DNA of 34,943 nucleotides, taken from contig NC_068995.1 in NCBI RefSeq assembly GCF_001194135.2, forward strand, positions 6,902,228 to 6,937,170, written 5' to 3'. Source of the stretch: Octopus bimaculoides (Eukaryota). Position 1 is the stretch's first letter; the number at the start of each line of letters is the position of its first letter. Made by a program: the position numbers and the translations under genes. This document shows, piece by piece, positions 1-9,902 of this stretch. Under the pieces are notes generated by a model. It was not told the origin of the DNA and made no database searches. It was given only the letters and a program-made list of their open reading frames with translations.

Positions 1-41
<41 letters not shown>

Positions 42-50
42 ATGTGTGTT
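1..50. repeat. (TA)n/(TG)n microsatellite
   Basis: Direct reading of dinucleotide runs. Confidence 0.95.
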
Positions 51-291
51 TGTATGTAAATATCAGTGTTTGGCTTGCTGGTTTTGTACAATTTTGTTGA
101 AGGCACGAAATTGCATCAGACCCACTGGTCAATAACTGGTGAGGAATTGGGGACGTTTCTGTGTGTTTTGCGTTTGTCCATTTACTGTACATTGTTTAAC
201 TTATTAATTAATGAAATGCAACACACCTTGGTGTTATATACATATATATATATATAAATTATCTTGCTCCTCATAATTTAAGTCCACTTTT

Positions 292-445
292 CCATATCTA
301 TCTGTCTATCTATCTATCTATCAACTTACCTATTTATTTATCTATTGATCTATCAACCTATCTGTCCATCCATCCATCCATCCATCCATCCATCCATCCA
401 TCTATCTATCTATCTATCTATATATATATATATATATATATATAT
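292..445. repeat. Compound (TCTA)n/(TCCA)n/(TA)n microsatellite
   Basis: Tetranucleotide runs followed by a TA run. Confidence 0.95.
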
Positions 446-451
446 GTCTGT

Positions 452-545
452 AAAGTGGTTGTCATCAGGAAGGGCATCTAGCTGTAGAAACCATGACAAA
501 ACAGACAATGGAACCTGTGGCTCCCAGCCTTGCCAACTACATATC
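452..545 (+). mobile_element. Fragment of dispersed repeat, probably the 3' end of an RTE-type retroelement
   Basis: Motif AGGAAGGGCATCTAGCTGTAGAAA recurs at about 16125, 24505 and (reverse) about 32140. Confidence 0.6.
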
Positions 546-574
546 AAATTGTCCATCATGTTGCTGTTGCATTT

Positions 575-650
575 GGTGTTGTTGTTGTTGTTGTTGTTGT
601 TGCTGCTGCTGTTGTTGTTGTTGTTGTTGTTGTGGTGGTGGTGGTGGTGT
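575..650. repeat. (TGT)n/(TGC)n/(TGG)n trinucleotide repeat
   Basis: Direct reading; it explains the poly-Cys/poly-Leu ORFs. Confidence 0.95.
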
Positions 651-655
651 TGGTA

Positions 656-762
656 TGCCGGCAGAATTGTTAGCATGCCAGACAATATGCTTCATAGCAT
701 TTCATCTGTCTTATGTTCTGAGTTCAAATTCTGCTGAGGTCAACTTTGTCCTTCATCCTTTC
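656..762 (+). mobile_element. tRNA-derived SINE family A (MetaSINE-like central domain), running into a gap
   Basis: GTTCTGAGTTCAAATTC..GAGGTCAACTTTG.CTTCATCCTTTC is shared with at least 8 other copies here. The tail AAATTTCAGGCCTTGTGC reappears at 1630. The MetaSINE label is from memory of the domain. Confidence 0.8.
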
Positions 763-1629
763 NNNNNNNNNNNNNNNNNNNNNNNNNNNNNNNNNNNNNN
801 NNNNNNNNNNNNNNNNNNNNNNNNNNNNNNNNNNNNNNNNNNNNNNNNNNNNNNNNNNNNNNNNNNNNNNNNNNNNNNNNNNNNNNNNNNNNNNNNNNNN
901 NNNNNNNNNNNNNNNNNNNNNNNNNNNNNNNNNNNNNNNNNNNNNNNNNNNNNNNNNNNNNNNNNNNNNNNNNNNNNNNNNNNNNNNNNNNNNNNNNNNN
1001 NNNNNNNNNNNNNNNNNNNNNNNNNNNNNNNNNNNNNNNNNNNNNNNNNNNNNNNNNNNNNNNNNNNNNNNNNNNNNNNNNNNNNNNNNNNNNNNNNNNN
1101 NNNNNNNNNNNNNNNNNNNNNNNNNNNNNNNNNNNNNNNNNNNNNNNNNNNNNNNNNNNNNNNNNNNNNNNNNNNNNNNNNNNNNNNNNNNNNNNNNNNN
1201 NNNNNNNNNNNNNNNNNNNNNNNNNNNNNNNNNNNNNNNNNNNNNNNNNNNNNNNNNNNNNNNNNNNNNNNNNNNNNNNNNNNNNNNNNNNNNNNNNNNN
1301 NNNNNNNNNNNNNNNNNNNNNNNNNNNNNNNNNNNNNNNNNNNNNNNNNNNNNNNNNNNNNNNNNNNNNNNNNNNNNNNNNNNNNNNNNNNNNNNNNNNN
1401 NNNNNNNNNNNNNNNNNNNNNNNNNNNNNNNNNNNNNNNNNNNNNNNNNNNNNNNNNNNNNNNNNNNNNNNNNNNNNNNNNNNNNNNNNNNNNNNNNNNN
1501 NNNNNNNNNNNNNNNNNNNNNNNNNNNNNNNNNNNNNNNNNNNNNNNNNNNNNNNNNNNNNNNNNNNNNNNNNNNNNNNNNNNNNNNNNNNNNNNNNNNN
1601 NNNNNNNNNNNNNNNNNNNNNNNNNNNNA
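763..1629. other. Assembly gap (N run)
   Basis: Ns. Confidence 1.
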
Positions 1630-1667
1630 AAATTTCAGGCCTTGTGCTGACAGCGGAAAAGATTATC

Positions 1668-1687
1668 ATTGTCGTTGCTGGTGTTGT

Positions 1688-1725
<38 letters not shown>

Positions 1726-1750
1726 GTGGTGGTAGTTTTTTTGTTGTTAT
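1668..1750. repeat. (GAT)n/(GGT)n trinucleotide repeat
   Basis: Direct reading. Confidence 0.95.
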
Positions 1751-2009
1751 TCGGATTATTTCATTATCTCCGATGCCTTGATATTTGGAATCAATAAATA
1801 TTGAACTTCCATTAGAATTAACCTTTCTGTGAAATGCCAAACGAGAACACTTTGGTTTCATGTCCAAACAATATGGCTTTACAATATGTGTGTGCATGTG
1901 TGTACGTCTATCTATACAGGCATGTGCGTGCGCACATACATGTGTGTATATGTATATGTGTAGGCGTGTGGTAACAAGCATGTTTTTATGTATGTATGTA
2001 TATTTTACT

Positions 2010-2447
2010 TATTATTCATTTCAGTCATTGGACTGTGGCCATGCTGGGGCACCACACTGCATGGTATAGTTGAATGGACTGACCCCAGTACTTTCTTTTT
2101 TTTCAACCTGGGACCTATTATATCAGTCTCTTATGCCAAACCGCTAAGTTATGAGGATGAAAAGAAAATCAACATTAGTTGTGCAGCAGTGGCAGGAAAC
2201 AGAGACACACACACATGTATACATTTATGTATGTGTGTGTGTATGTATGTATGTATGTATGTGTGTATGTGTGTATGTATGTATGTATGAACGTACGACA
2301 GACTTCTTTCAGTTTCCATCTGCCAAATCCACTCACTTTGACTGGCGCTGGGCTATAGCAGAAGACACTTGCCCCAAGTGCCACGTCGTGGGTCTGAAGC
2401 CGGAACCATATTCTTGAGAATCAAACTTCTTAACATACAGCCACGCC
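2010..2447 (-). mobile_element. Composite SINE family B (tRNA head + CORE-like box + internal microsatellite + 3' module)
   Basis: Head/CORE-like part at 2295-2447 (minus strand ACCCACGACGTGGCACTTGGGGCAAGTGTCTTCTGCTATAG), CA/TG/TATG tract at about 2200-2290, 3' module at 2010-2200. The same order occurs at 9012-9330 and 25005-25405. Confidence 0.85.
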
Positions 2448-2570
2448 TGCGTCAATGTATATCGCCATCATCGTCGTCGTCGTCGTCATCCCATTGCACA
2501 GCAAATTGGATTTGATGGTCGGTCTGAGCTTATATACTGCACGGACATTTGATCATTATAAACAAACCAC

Positions 2571-2727
2571 CTTTTGCAAGTGGTTCGATAATAAATAGCG
2601 GATGCCTCGTTTGTCCTCTACGACAGGAGATTCTGCGACATGTATTCGGTACTCTTCTAATACGTATGCCCATATTAGAGCATATCGTACATATTCTCAA
2701 ACGGAATACCCATTAGCTATTGTGAAT
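2571..2727 (-). pseudogene. Candidate decayed exon: FTIANGYSV*EYVRYALIWAYVLEEYRIHVAESPVVEDKRGIRYLLSNHLQK
   Basis: Acceptor CACTTTAATACAG|, possible donor AAG|GTGGTT, 52 codons with one TGA (2697-2699). Product not recognised. Confidence 0.35.
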
Positions 2728-3061
2728 CTGTATTAAAGTGGTGTATTCACATTTTATAATGTATGCGAGCATAAACATTTAAATATTGAAGTCGCCAGCG
2801 ATTTGGAAGGCAAAAATTTAAGGGAAATAACTCTGATTGTAAACCCTAAATGATTACTTCCCTTCACCAATTTTATTTACCCGCTGTCTTTGCGTCATTT
2901 ATTTCTATATGAAAATGCACCTGATATCACATACAGATATAAAATATATATATGCGCGCGCGCGTGTGTGTGCAGGGGTTGCGTGCACAATATCAAGTGA
3001 TCCATGCCGAGTTATAAGTCCATAAGGTAGTTTTCCTGGATTCTGTGATATATAAGTACAC

Positions 3062-3411
3062 GTGTGAAGGTGCATGGCTCAGTGGTTAGAACGCCAGGAT
3101 CACAATCATAAGGCAAGGAATTCGTTTCCCAGACTGGGATGCGTGTTGTGTTCCTGAGAAAAACGTTTTATTTCCTGTTGTTGTGCTCTAGTTCACTCAG
3201 CTGTAGAAAGGAATAGCAACCTCGCTGGTGCACAAGCTGTATCAGCCCCTTTGCCTTTCCCTTGGATAACATCGGTGGTGTGGAGAGGAGAGACTGGTAT
3301 GCATGGGCGACTGCTGGTCTTCCGCAAAACAACCTTGCCCGGACTTGTGCCTCGGAGGGTAACTTTCTAGGTGCAGTTCCATGGTCATTCATGACCGAAG
3401 GAGGGTCTTTA
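3062..3411 (+). mobile_element. tRNA-derived SINE with CORE-like domain and long 3' body
   Basis: A box TGGCTCAGTGG, degraded B box GAATTCGTTTCCC, CORE-like TGTGTTCCTGAGAAAAACGTTTTATTTC..CACTCAGCTG. Confidence 0.75.
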
Positions 3412-3590
3412 CACTATAATTTCAATCTGGACAAAACGCCGGACATTAGCAGGAACACATTTCCCTACCCCCACCCCATATAAAATCATAATCACCCACC
3501 AACCCTTCCCAACGATTTTTTCATTTTCTCTTTTATATTCCCCTTCATGTATCCTGAGAGTATTTCCGGACACATCGTTACCACCAACGG

Positions 3591-3990
3591 GTGAATGTGC
3601 ATGGCATAGTGACTAGAGGCATTCGGCTCATGATCATAAGGCCATAAGTTCGATTCCCGGCGGAGCGTTATATCCTTGACCAAGACACCTTATTTCATGT
3701 TGCCAGGGCTAGCCCTAGGGTTGCTGGCGACCCGGGAAAGCTGAACTTCGGCGTGTAGACCCTGACGGTCGTGGACATTTCCTTGTCTCTGTCACGTCCT
3801 CTTTGGTACCCCCTACCGACTTGCCGGTACTTTGAAGCAGCCCTACATATTACTGCAGTACACTCAAATGGCAAAAACCAGCTGTGTTTCAAAGGGCCAG
3901 CCTTGTCGCATTCTTTATCACGCCGATGCGCTGGAACAGCCAAGCGCCCTCGCGAGCCTCACCTGTTACCTCTGCTAGGCGAATCGCTTT
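3591..3990 (+). mobile_element. tRNA-derived SINE (CORE-like) with GC-rich 3' body
   Basis: A box TGGCATAGTGA, B box GTTCGATTCCC, CORE-like TATCCTTGACCAAGACACCTTATTTCATGTTG. The body contains TTCAAAGGGCCAGCCTTGT, shared with family C. Confidence 0.65.
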
Positions 3991-4065
3991 GAATTTGCTT
4001 CAGAAGGAGGTCTATGTTTGTGATGGTTAGTTGGAGTAGGAGGGATGGGAATGTGACCTGAGTGT

Positions 4066-4103
4066 CAAGGGGGATGCAGCCCAAAAATGTTTGGGAACGA
4101 CTG
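4066..4103. mobile_element. Right terminus of a hAT-like non-autonomous element
   Basis: CAAGGGGGATGCAGCCCAAAAATGTTTGGGAACGACTG is the near reverse complement of 5107-5144. Confidence 0.55.
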
Positions 4104-4416
4104 GTGTAGAACATGATTAATTGTATAAGTTTTGCTATTTTGGAAAGCGCGTATGACATCATGGTTAATGTTCAAGAAAGGTAACTCTTACAAAGTTATC
4201 TGCAACTCTTAAAGAAATAGCCAAACAAAACTTGTCGACAATTTGATTTTTCTAAAATACGGTTTATTTCCATAACACAGAGGTTATGAATGTGATTAAA
4301 TATATTTAATGAATTTGCTATTAACGTTGCAGAAACCATACAGATTGTCAGTATTTTGTTACATTACGATTTGAAACGGAGAATCTTATCTCGAGTTTTT
4401 ACTAAAACAAATAACC

Positions 4417-4673
4417 TCAACATAACATGCTATTAAACTCATCTAAAAGAAACACTATTGCCCAACATATAAACACTCGAGACTGTGTAATAAGGCAGTC
4501 ATCAACGCTCAGTTTTTGAATGGCGGCTGAACTTAGGGAAATACAAGCACTGTATATCCCCAAAGATTTCGTAGTCAAATAAGGAGAACGATATTGGGTT
4601 GCTTAAGATCGACCGCCCATCTTCCAGAGTAGCTGCTTTCCGTGAAATACGTTTAACTCATTGATGGAAGAAT
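4417..4673 (-). pseudogene. Candidate decayed exon: DSSINELNVFHGKQLLWKMGGRS*ATQYRSPYLTTKSLGIYSACISLSSAAIQKLSVDDCLITQSRVFICWAIVFLLDEFNSMLC
   Basis: Acceptor CATGCTTTATAG|, about 85 codons with a single internal TAA (4603-4605). Confidence 0.4.
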
Positions 4674-4730
4674 CTATAAAGCATGGTGTTTGGTTACATC
4701 AATGAATACAAGAATTAAAATCTTTTAAAA

Positions 4731-5031
4731 CAGTGATTTCCAATGTGGGCTTTACGCCTTGCCGGTGGGGCCTGGGAAAATTATGGTGGAGCGTAGGATT
4801 CATTTTTCCCTATTTTTTTTTTCTTTTTAGTGGGACATGGAATTGTAGAAAATCTTTTTTTTTTTTCTCAGCCAATAATGTATCTTTTTCTGTACTTTGT
4901 ACTTGATAAAAGCGTTACCGGTAGATTCTCTTGTATTTAAATAATAGTGGTAAAATATTGAAAATAAAGTTTTTTTCCAACCATCGGTGAAGTATAAATT
5001 TTTCTTGAGGAAAGTAAGTTGGGGAATACTG
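4731..5031. mobile_element. hAT (Charlie-like) MITE, 301 bp
   Basis: Imperfect TIRs CAGTGATTTCCAA / TTGGGGAATACTG with an identical 8-bp flank TTTTAAAA at 4723-4730 and 5032-5039. Confidence 0.75.
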
Positions 5032-5106
5032 TTTTAAAATAACATTAAAAAAAAGACGATAAAAGCTGATACATCGTAACTTCTCTATCAGTTGGATACG
5101 TTATAT

Positions 5107-5144
5107 GAGTGGTTTCCAAACTTTTTCGGGTTGCAGCCCCCTTG
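5107..5144. mobile_element. Left terminus of a hAT-like element
   Basis: GAGTGGTTTCCAAACTTTTTCGGGTTGCAGCCCCCTTG matches the reverse complement of 4066-4103. Confidence 0.55.
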
Positions 5145-5531
5145 GCATACAGGCCACATTCTTAGTGCTTCCAAACTAGAACTATTTCAATCAAGAAAAA
5201 AGGTCAGGTGAAAAAAAAAAAAAAAAAGGGAGAGAGGGGAGAGAATATTCACCTATAAATAGAAAACTATTTAGCAGGAATTGTTTAGCAAATAGTAATT
5301 ATTTTGATACTTGAGCACACAGATATTAAGAGAAAACGGAAACCAGATGAATTAACAAAAGCGATGACACAAAAAGAAATAATAGCTAGACTGCATTCTG
5401 AATCTTTCACGTGTTAAATTCATTCATGCTGAGCGTACTTAGTCAAGTGTGAGAAAAAAAATATTGGGAAGAATCCGAGATAAACAAATGAACTTTAATT
5501 CTCCGTTATTTCAGCCAGATTTATCAACGTG

Positions 5532-5675
5532 TAGTGAAGGCATGTGGATTTGTGATCGGGGTATTCGACTCACAATAGTATGGTTACGAGTTCGATTCCC
5601 GGCGATGCGTTGTGTCCTTGAGCAAAACACTTTACTTCACGTTGTTCTACTCCACTTAGCAGGCATAAACGAGTT
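5532..5675 (+). mobile_element. tRNA-derived CORE-like SINE fragment
   Basis: B box GAGTTCGATTCCCGG then GTGTCCTTGAGCAAAACACTTTACTTCACGTTG. Confidence 0.75.
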
Positions 5676-5909
5676 GCGCCGAATGGTTTATTTACTTTTT
5701 CCTAACGTCCCTCTTGAGTTGGCGACTGCGAGAAAAACATGAGCAAGGACGAACTTCCAGTGAGAATAAAGTTCTGGGATGGAAAAAAATTGCCCGTTGT
5801 GTTTTGTAGGGCCCCTACTGAGGAGAAAGGTCTCTCCTGAACAAATTTATATGCTTCAAAAAGAAAGGAAACCCCACTTCAGAGTACTTGTGTTCATACG
5901 AGGAATTCA

Positions 5910-6044
5910 TCATCGGTCAGACTCAATGGCGTAAGTAGCTATATCAAGGCCGCCTGTACCGGACCAGTTAACCGGCAAGCTTGCAACCAGAAGTGGCTCG
6001 AATGTCTGGACTATCCGGTTTTCTGGAGACAGTTTAAATTTATA
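5910..6044 (-). pseudogene. Candidate exon: YKFKLSPENRIVQTFEPLLVASLPVNWSGTGGLDIATYAIESDR*
   Basis: Acceptor TTCATATTTTAAG| followed by 44 open codons of protein-like composition. Confidence 0.35.
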
Positions 6045-6462
6045 CTTAAAATATGAATAAACTATGAAAAGTAAAGTGCAAGATTGTATTTAATAGATTC
6101 AAATTAATACACTTCTAAAGCAGAGTCAGATAATTATCAATCCACTTAAAATTCTTAAAATATATCTTGCTGTACCATGTATACAGTATAATATTTATAG
6201 CATGAAAATTGAACGAAGAACACGATTTAATATAACAAATTAATACACATCTAAAGCAGGGTATGCTAAATCTTTATCAACCCATTTAAAAAGTAAAGAA
6301 AACTATTTTTAACATATATGCAAATTAACCAACTTCAAAAAACAGGATTTGTTTATTCAGTACAGAGTGCAGGATATTGCATGATATTACACAGTATTCT
6401 TGGGTTTCTGGAAGCCAGCTAAAAGGTCTGGTACTGAATATGTAAAAGTATTATAAGTATCG

Positions 6463-7365
6463 TCAAGAATTACAAACCTCACTGAATACAGAAAGCTGTT
6501 TTAGTTCATACGTGTAATAATCCACTGTTACACTCATAACTATATCTGCAGAATTATAGTTCGGAATTGTGTTTTCTATTTTAGCACTAGTTTGATAAGT
6601 AATTGATATTTGGTTTAGGTAGTTAGGCTGCGTGGTTTTACCCATATCAAAACCTAGTCCATTTAATGTTTTCCATGAACCTATTTGTTTGCGTATAAAT
6701 ATAGAGATTTTTTGCCAAGGAGTAAATTGCATGCTAGAAATGTCTAGATGAGCATTTATCACTAGAGATATGACTGCACGCTAGCTAGAAAAGATAGCTA
6801 TATCTTCGTGATGTGAGGGGACGGGAAAGTCCTGTGTTAATTGGAGATAAACGAGTCCTTTTAACCCTGGGTCGTGCAGCGACCAAGAAACCTGTCTTCT
6901 CACGGACTTCAATGGTCTCTACCTCTCGGACCTGATTGTGACTCGCATCTCAATTTATAGCCATGTTATGGTGGTAAACACAAGGAAAGTTCCATCGATC
7001 ATATGCCTGCAGCTGAAATAAAATTGGTCAGAATTCAGAGTAAGTGACCCGATATACTGTAGCTTATTATTACTGAGCTGATACAGTTTCAAATCTACGC
7101 TCTGCTTCACTGTAATTGGATGTACTTTTAATAGTGACAATCCTCCGATAGATAAAATGACCGACACCTTCTCTAATTGCCATTGATGAACTTCTCTTGC
7201 TCAGCAGTAAACGAATATATAGTCTTTAAAAAAAAAAAGAAAACAAAGGTAGGTTCCAAGGTTCTTTACCTAACTGCAGTGGAATAACGTGCGGTTTGGC
7301 TGCCCTGTGCAGTCTGCACATTTCACATTACGTTGCTGTTTAATTGGCCACTTCCAATATTCTGC
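6463..7365 (-). pseudogene. Stop-depleted reading frame, 301 codons with 5 internal stops
   Basis: ORF-track entries 6955..7167 and 6463..6762 share one frame that extends to 7365. Internal stops at 7270-72, 7201-03, 6955-57, 6919-21 and 6781-83. Confidence 0.5.
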
Positions 7366-7409
7366 CTATCTCCATAAAAGTTTAAAGCATAAATGTTTTA
7401 AACTTTACC

Positions 7410-7920
7410 TTATATCAGCCACCAATAGTCATGTGTGGTGACTTTTAGAATATTGTGGTTCTAAAGAATAGAACGCCATGATGTTCGTTCATTTTTCGGA
7501 ACTCTACCATCTTCAACTTCCCAATAAGTTATAGCTCGAAATCTTTCTGACGAATATGTTGCATAACTACACAGTACTTTATCTACCTTATTGATAAAAG
7601 GAGTTCTTGTTATAACCTGATATCAATTAAAATCACATTCGTAGCCTTGTGAGAAGGCACTAGTTGAAGGGTGATTGAGTGGTGGAATCAGAAGATGGAG
7701 GTCGAAATGACTTGGCCAATGAAGTTCTGAGTTCAAATTCCACTGGATTAATAATACGTTTCATCCACCTACGGTTATTAAGATAAATATTAATAAACTG
7801 TTGAGTCTATGAAAGCGACTGTAGCTGTCCTCTGAAATGTATGATTCTGTAACAGTGGTGTAAGAAACAACTGTAGGATAAAGAAAACGTGAAGGTAGGG
7901 ACAGAACAGGATAAGGAATC
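7410..7920 (-). pseudogene. Stop-depleted reading frame, about 170 codons with 3 internal stops
   Basis: Reads IPYPVLSLPSRFLYPTVVSYTTVTESY...GG*NVLLIQW...GYECDFN*YQVITRTPFINKVDKVLCSYATYSSERFRAITYWEVEDGRVPKNERTSWRSIL*NHNILKVTTHDYWWLI*. It is one frameshift away from the 6463-7365 frame. Confidence 0.45.
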
Positions 7921-7924
7921 TTTA

Positions 7925-8350
7925 AAATAATCATAATAATTCTTTCTACTATAAACATAAGGCCTGAAATATGCAAAGGAGAGAGCCAGTCGATTAATTC
8001 GACTTCAGCGCTTACCGACCTCAAAAGGATACAAGGTAAAGTCGACCTCAGCGGAAATTGAACTCAGCACGTAAAGCCGGAACAAACAGCACTGCGTATT
8101 TTCTCTGGCATGCGAACGATTCTGCCGGATCGTCGTCTTAATAAAAATCCTTTCTACTATTGGCACAAGGCCAGCAATTTGCTGGGGGAAGGAGTTAGCT
8201 ATGTACACTGACTCCAGTGTTCAACTGGTACTTATTTTATCGATTCCGTAAGGATGAAAGGCAAGGTCAACCTCGGTGGAATTTGATCTCAAAACGTAAA
8301 AACGGACGAAGTGCCGTTAAACATTTTGTTCAGCAGGCTAACCAGGGACG
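7925..8350 (-). mobile_element. Two head-to-tail copies of SINE family A
   Basis: The unit TTTCTACTA..GGC.CAAGGCC...AAGG(A)TGAAAGG.AA.GTC.ACCTC.G.GGAA.TTGA.CTCA occurs twice (about 7925-8128 and 8129-8350). Confidence 0.85.
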
Positions 8351-8581
8351 AATTAAGATCCCTAGATGCTCTAAGCACTTAACAGATTTTGGTGCTCCTA
8401 TATAGATGTAATTCAAAATATAAGCAATAATAAATCATAAAATAAATAATTTTTTTTTCAGAATGAAACAAAACTAACAGTAAAATGGAAAATAATGTTC
8501 AATTTTGTATTCTTCCACTTATTTATATTTGAAGTTTTCTCTTACATTTTTTTTTAAAAAGCAAAGTCTTTGACCAGATCT

Positions 8582-8847
8582 TCAATATAGCACCATGAAC
8601 ACTTTGAAATTGTATTTTCGATCATATGAACCATTTAGCAAATTTTCAAATGATTTCTCTTGGGCCGTAAACCATTTACAATTACCGTGATGCTCCCCGA
8701 CATCCCTTGAAGCTCTAAGCACAAACTTATTCTGCTTAATCCAGCGCTGATATTAAAGATGCTGCCATCTCACCTGGCAACCAGTAACATACTGCCCAGA
8801 TAGGTTCACCAATTCATCTACGAGCTGTATACAATCTTCTATCATAC
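8582..8847 (-). pseudogene. Candidate exon: GMIEDCIQLVDELVNLSGQYVTGCQ (8774-8847); frame continues VRWQHL*YQRWIKQNKFVLRASRDVGEHHGNCKWFTAQEKSFENLLNGSYDRKYNFKVFMVLY*
   Basis: Textbook acceptor CTAACTCATTTTTACGCTTTCCAG|G and donor CAG|GTGAGA at 8774/8773. Only one frame is open. Confidence 0.5.
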
Positions 8848-9011
8848 CTGGAAAGCGTAAAAATGAGTTAGTTGGTGCTTAAACAACAGGGTGTCAAACG
8901 GAAATTGTAAAAAAAAAAAATTTTTTTAATCCTTTACTCCTTCCACATTTTTTCCCAATCAGTAGTTGAACGATCAATGATCGAACAGTGAATATATATA
9001 TCTATCTCTTA

Positions 9012-9330
9012 TCTTTAACTTGTTCCAGTATTTGGACTGTGGTCATACTGGAGCATCGAACCAATCGATCCTAGTACCTCCTTGTTTTTTTTTTCAAGTC
9101 TAGTCTTTATTTTATCGATCTCTTATGTCGAACTGCTAGTAACAAGGGACGTAAATAAACCAGCACCGATTGCCAAGTGTTCTCTGTGTTTGTCTGTGGA
9201 TGAATACAAATATACACAGATATATGACGGGCTTCCGCACGGTTTCCGCCTCCCGTATCCACTCACTTTGATCGGCCCGGGGCAGAAAACACTTGACCAA
9301 GGTGTCTAGCAGTGGGACTGAACGCGAGCG
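9012..9330 (-). mobile_element. Composite SINE family B
   Basis: 3' module GGACTGTGGTCATACTGGAGCA..AACTGCTAGTAACAAGGGACGTAAA plus head GACGGGCTTC..ACACTTGACCAAGGTG..CAGTGGGACTGAAC. Confidence 0.8.
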
Positions 9331-9839
9331 GGTTTCTTATTACAAAACAACGCCGTTTCTTTCATTTTTACCTTATTTCACTTGGAGCTTTTCCGACCAG
9401 CATCTTGTTTCATTTGATTTAAACGTAAACATTTTCCATATTTTTTTTTCAACAGTACCTAAATAAAAAAAATCTAAACAAAAACAACTATTTGTTTATC
9501 TAAAATGCCTTTTCGTATATTTTAAAGTTTTGCTTTGTTAAATTTAAAGAATACAAAAGAATTTTATGTAATTAGTATAATTTACTTTCAAATTAACTTA
9601 GATACAAAAAGTGATTTTTTTTTCACATATGAAAAACAAACCCAAACAATACTTTAGGTGCGTAAATTATCTTCTATTCAACTTTGTTATATAGTCCCAT
9701 CCAGCACAAATTGAGCTGGAATCAGTCCTGTAATCAAAGACATTCCATCGCCGTAACCATCCCGTTTATTATTATTATTATTATTATTTACCTAGAACTC
9801 CATTATCTAATACATCCTTTATCTTTATTAAAAACAGAG

Positions 9840-9902
9840 GGCTGTAATTTGAAGAGATTTGGCTACTATTTCAAGCAGGTCGAATGACAATGTAGAGGCT
9901 CC
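9840..9902. repeat. Short dispersed repeat (TTTG.GGGAGAT.TAGCTGCTATTTC.AGCAGG)
   Basis: Similar copies at about 10100-10150, 22050-22090 and 32712-32735. Confidence 0.6.

Noticed and set aside
493-1981. Long ORFs of 314-413 aa here, and similar ones at 10967, 14572-15307, 28443-28887, 30932-32079 and 33146-34444
   Set aside because: They are long only because they run through N gaps and microsatellites.
4540-4673. MAM-domain-like phrases (SSINELNV..LLW, RSPYL..ACI)
   Set aside because: The motifs are in the wrong order for a MAM domain and the FWYHM and DIAIDD anchors are absent.
7222-7410. Apparent 43-46-nt introns suggesting DNA from a parasite with tiny introns
   Set aside because: Splicing them does not restore the frame, one is readable in frame anyway, and host-type SINEs are embedded in the region.
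7560-7650. CDFN*Y ... CSYATY resembling rhabdovirus glycoprotein CDFRWY ... CGYAT
   Set aside because: The spacing is about half that in VSV G as I recall it, and the other cysteines do not line up. It is kept only as a reason to include viral databases in the search.
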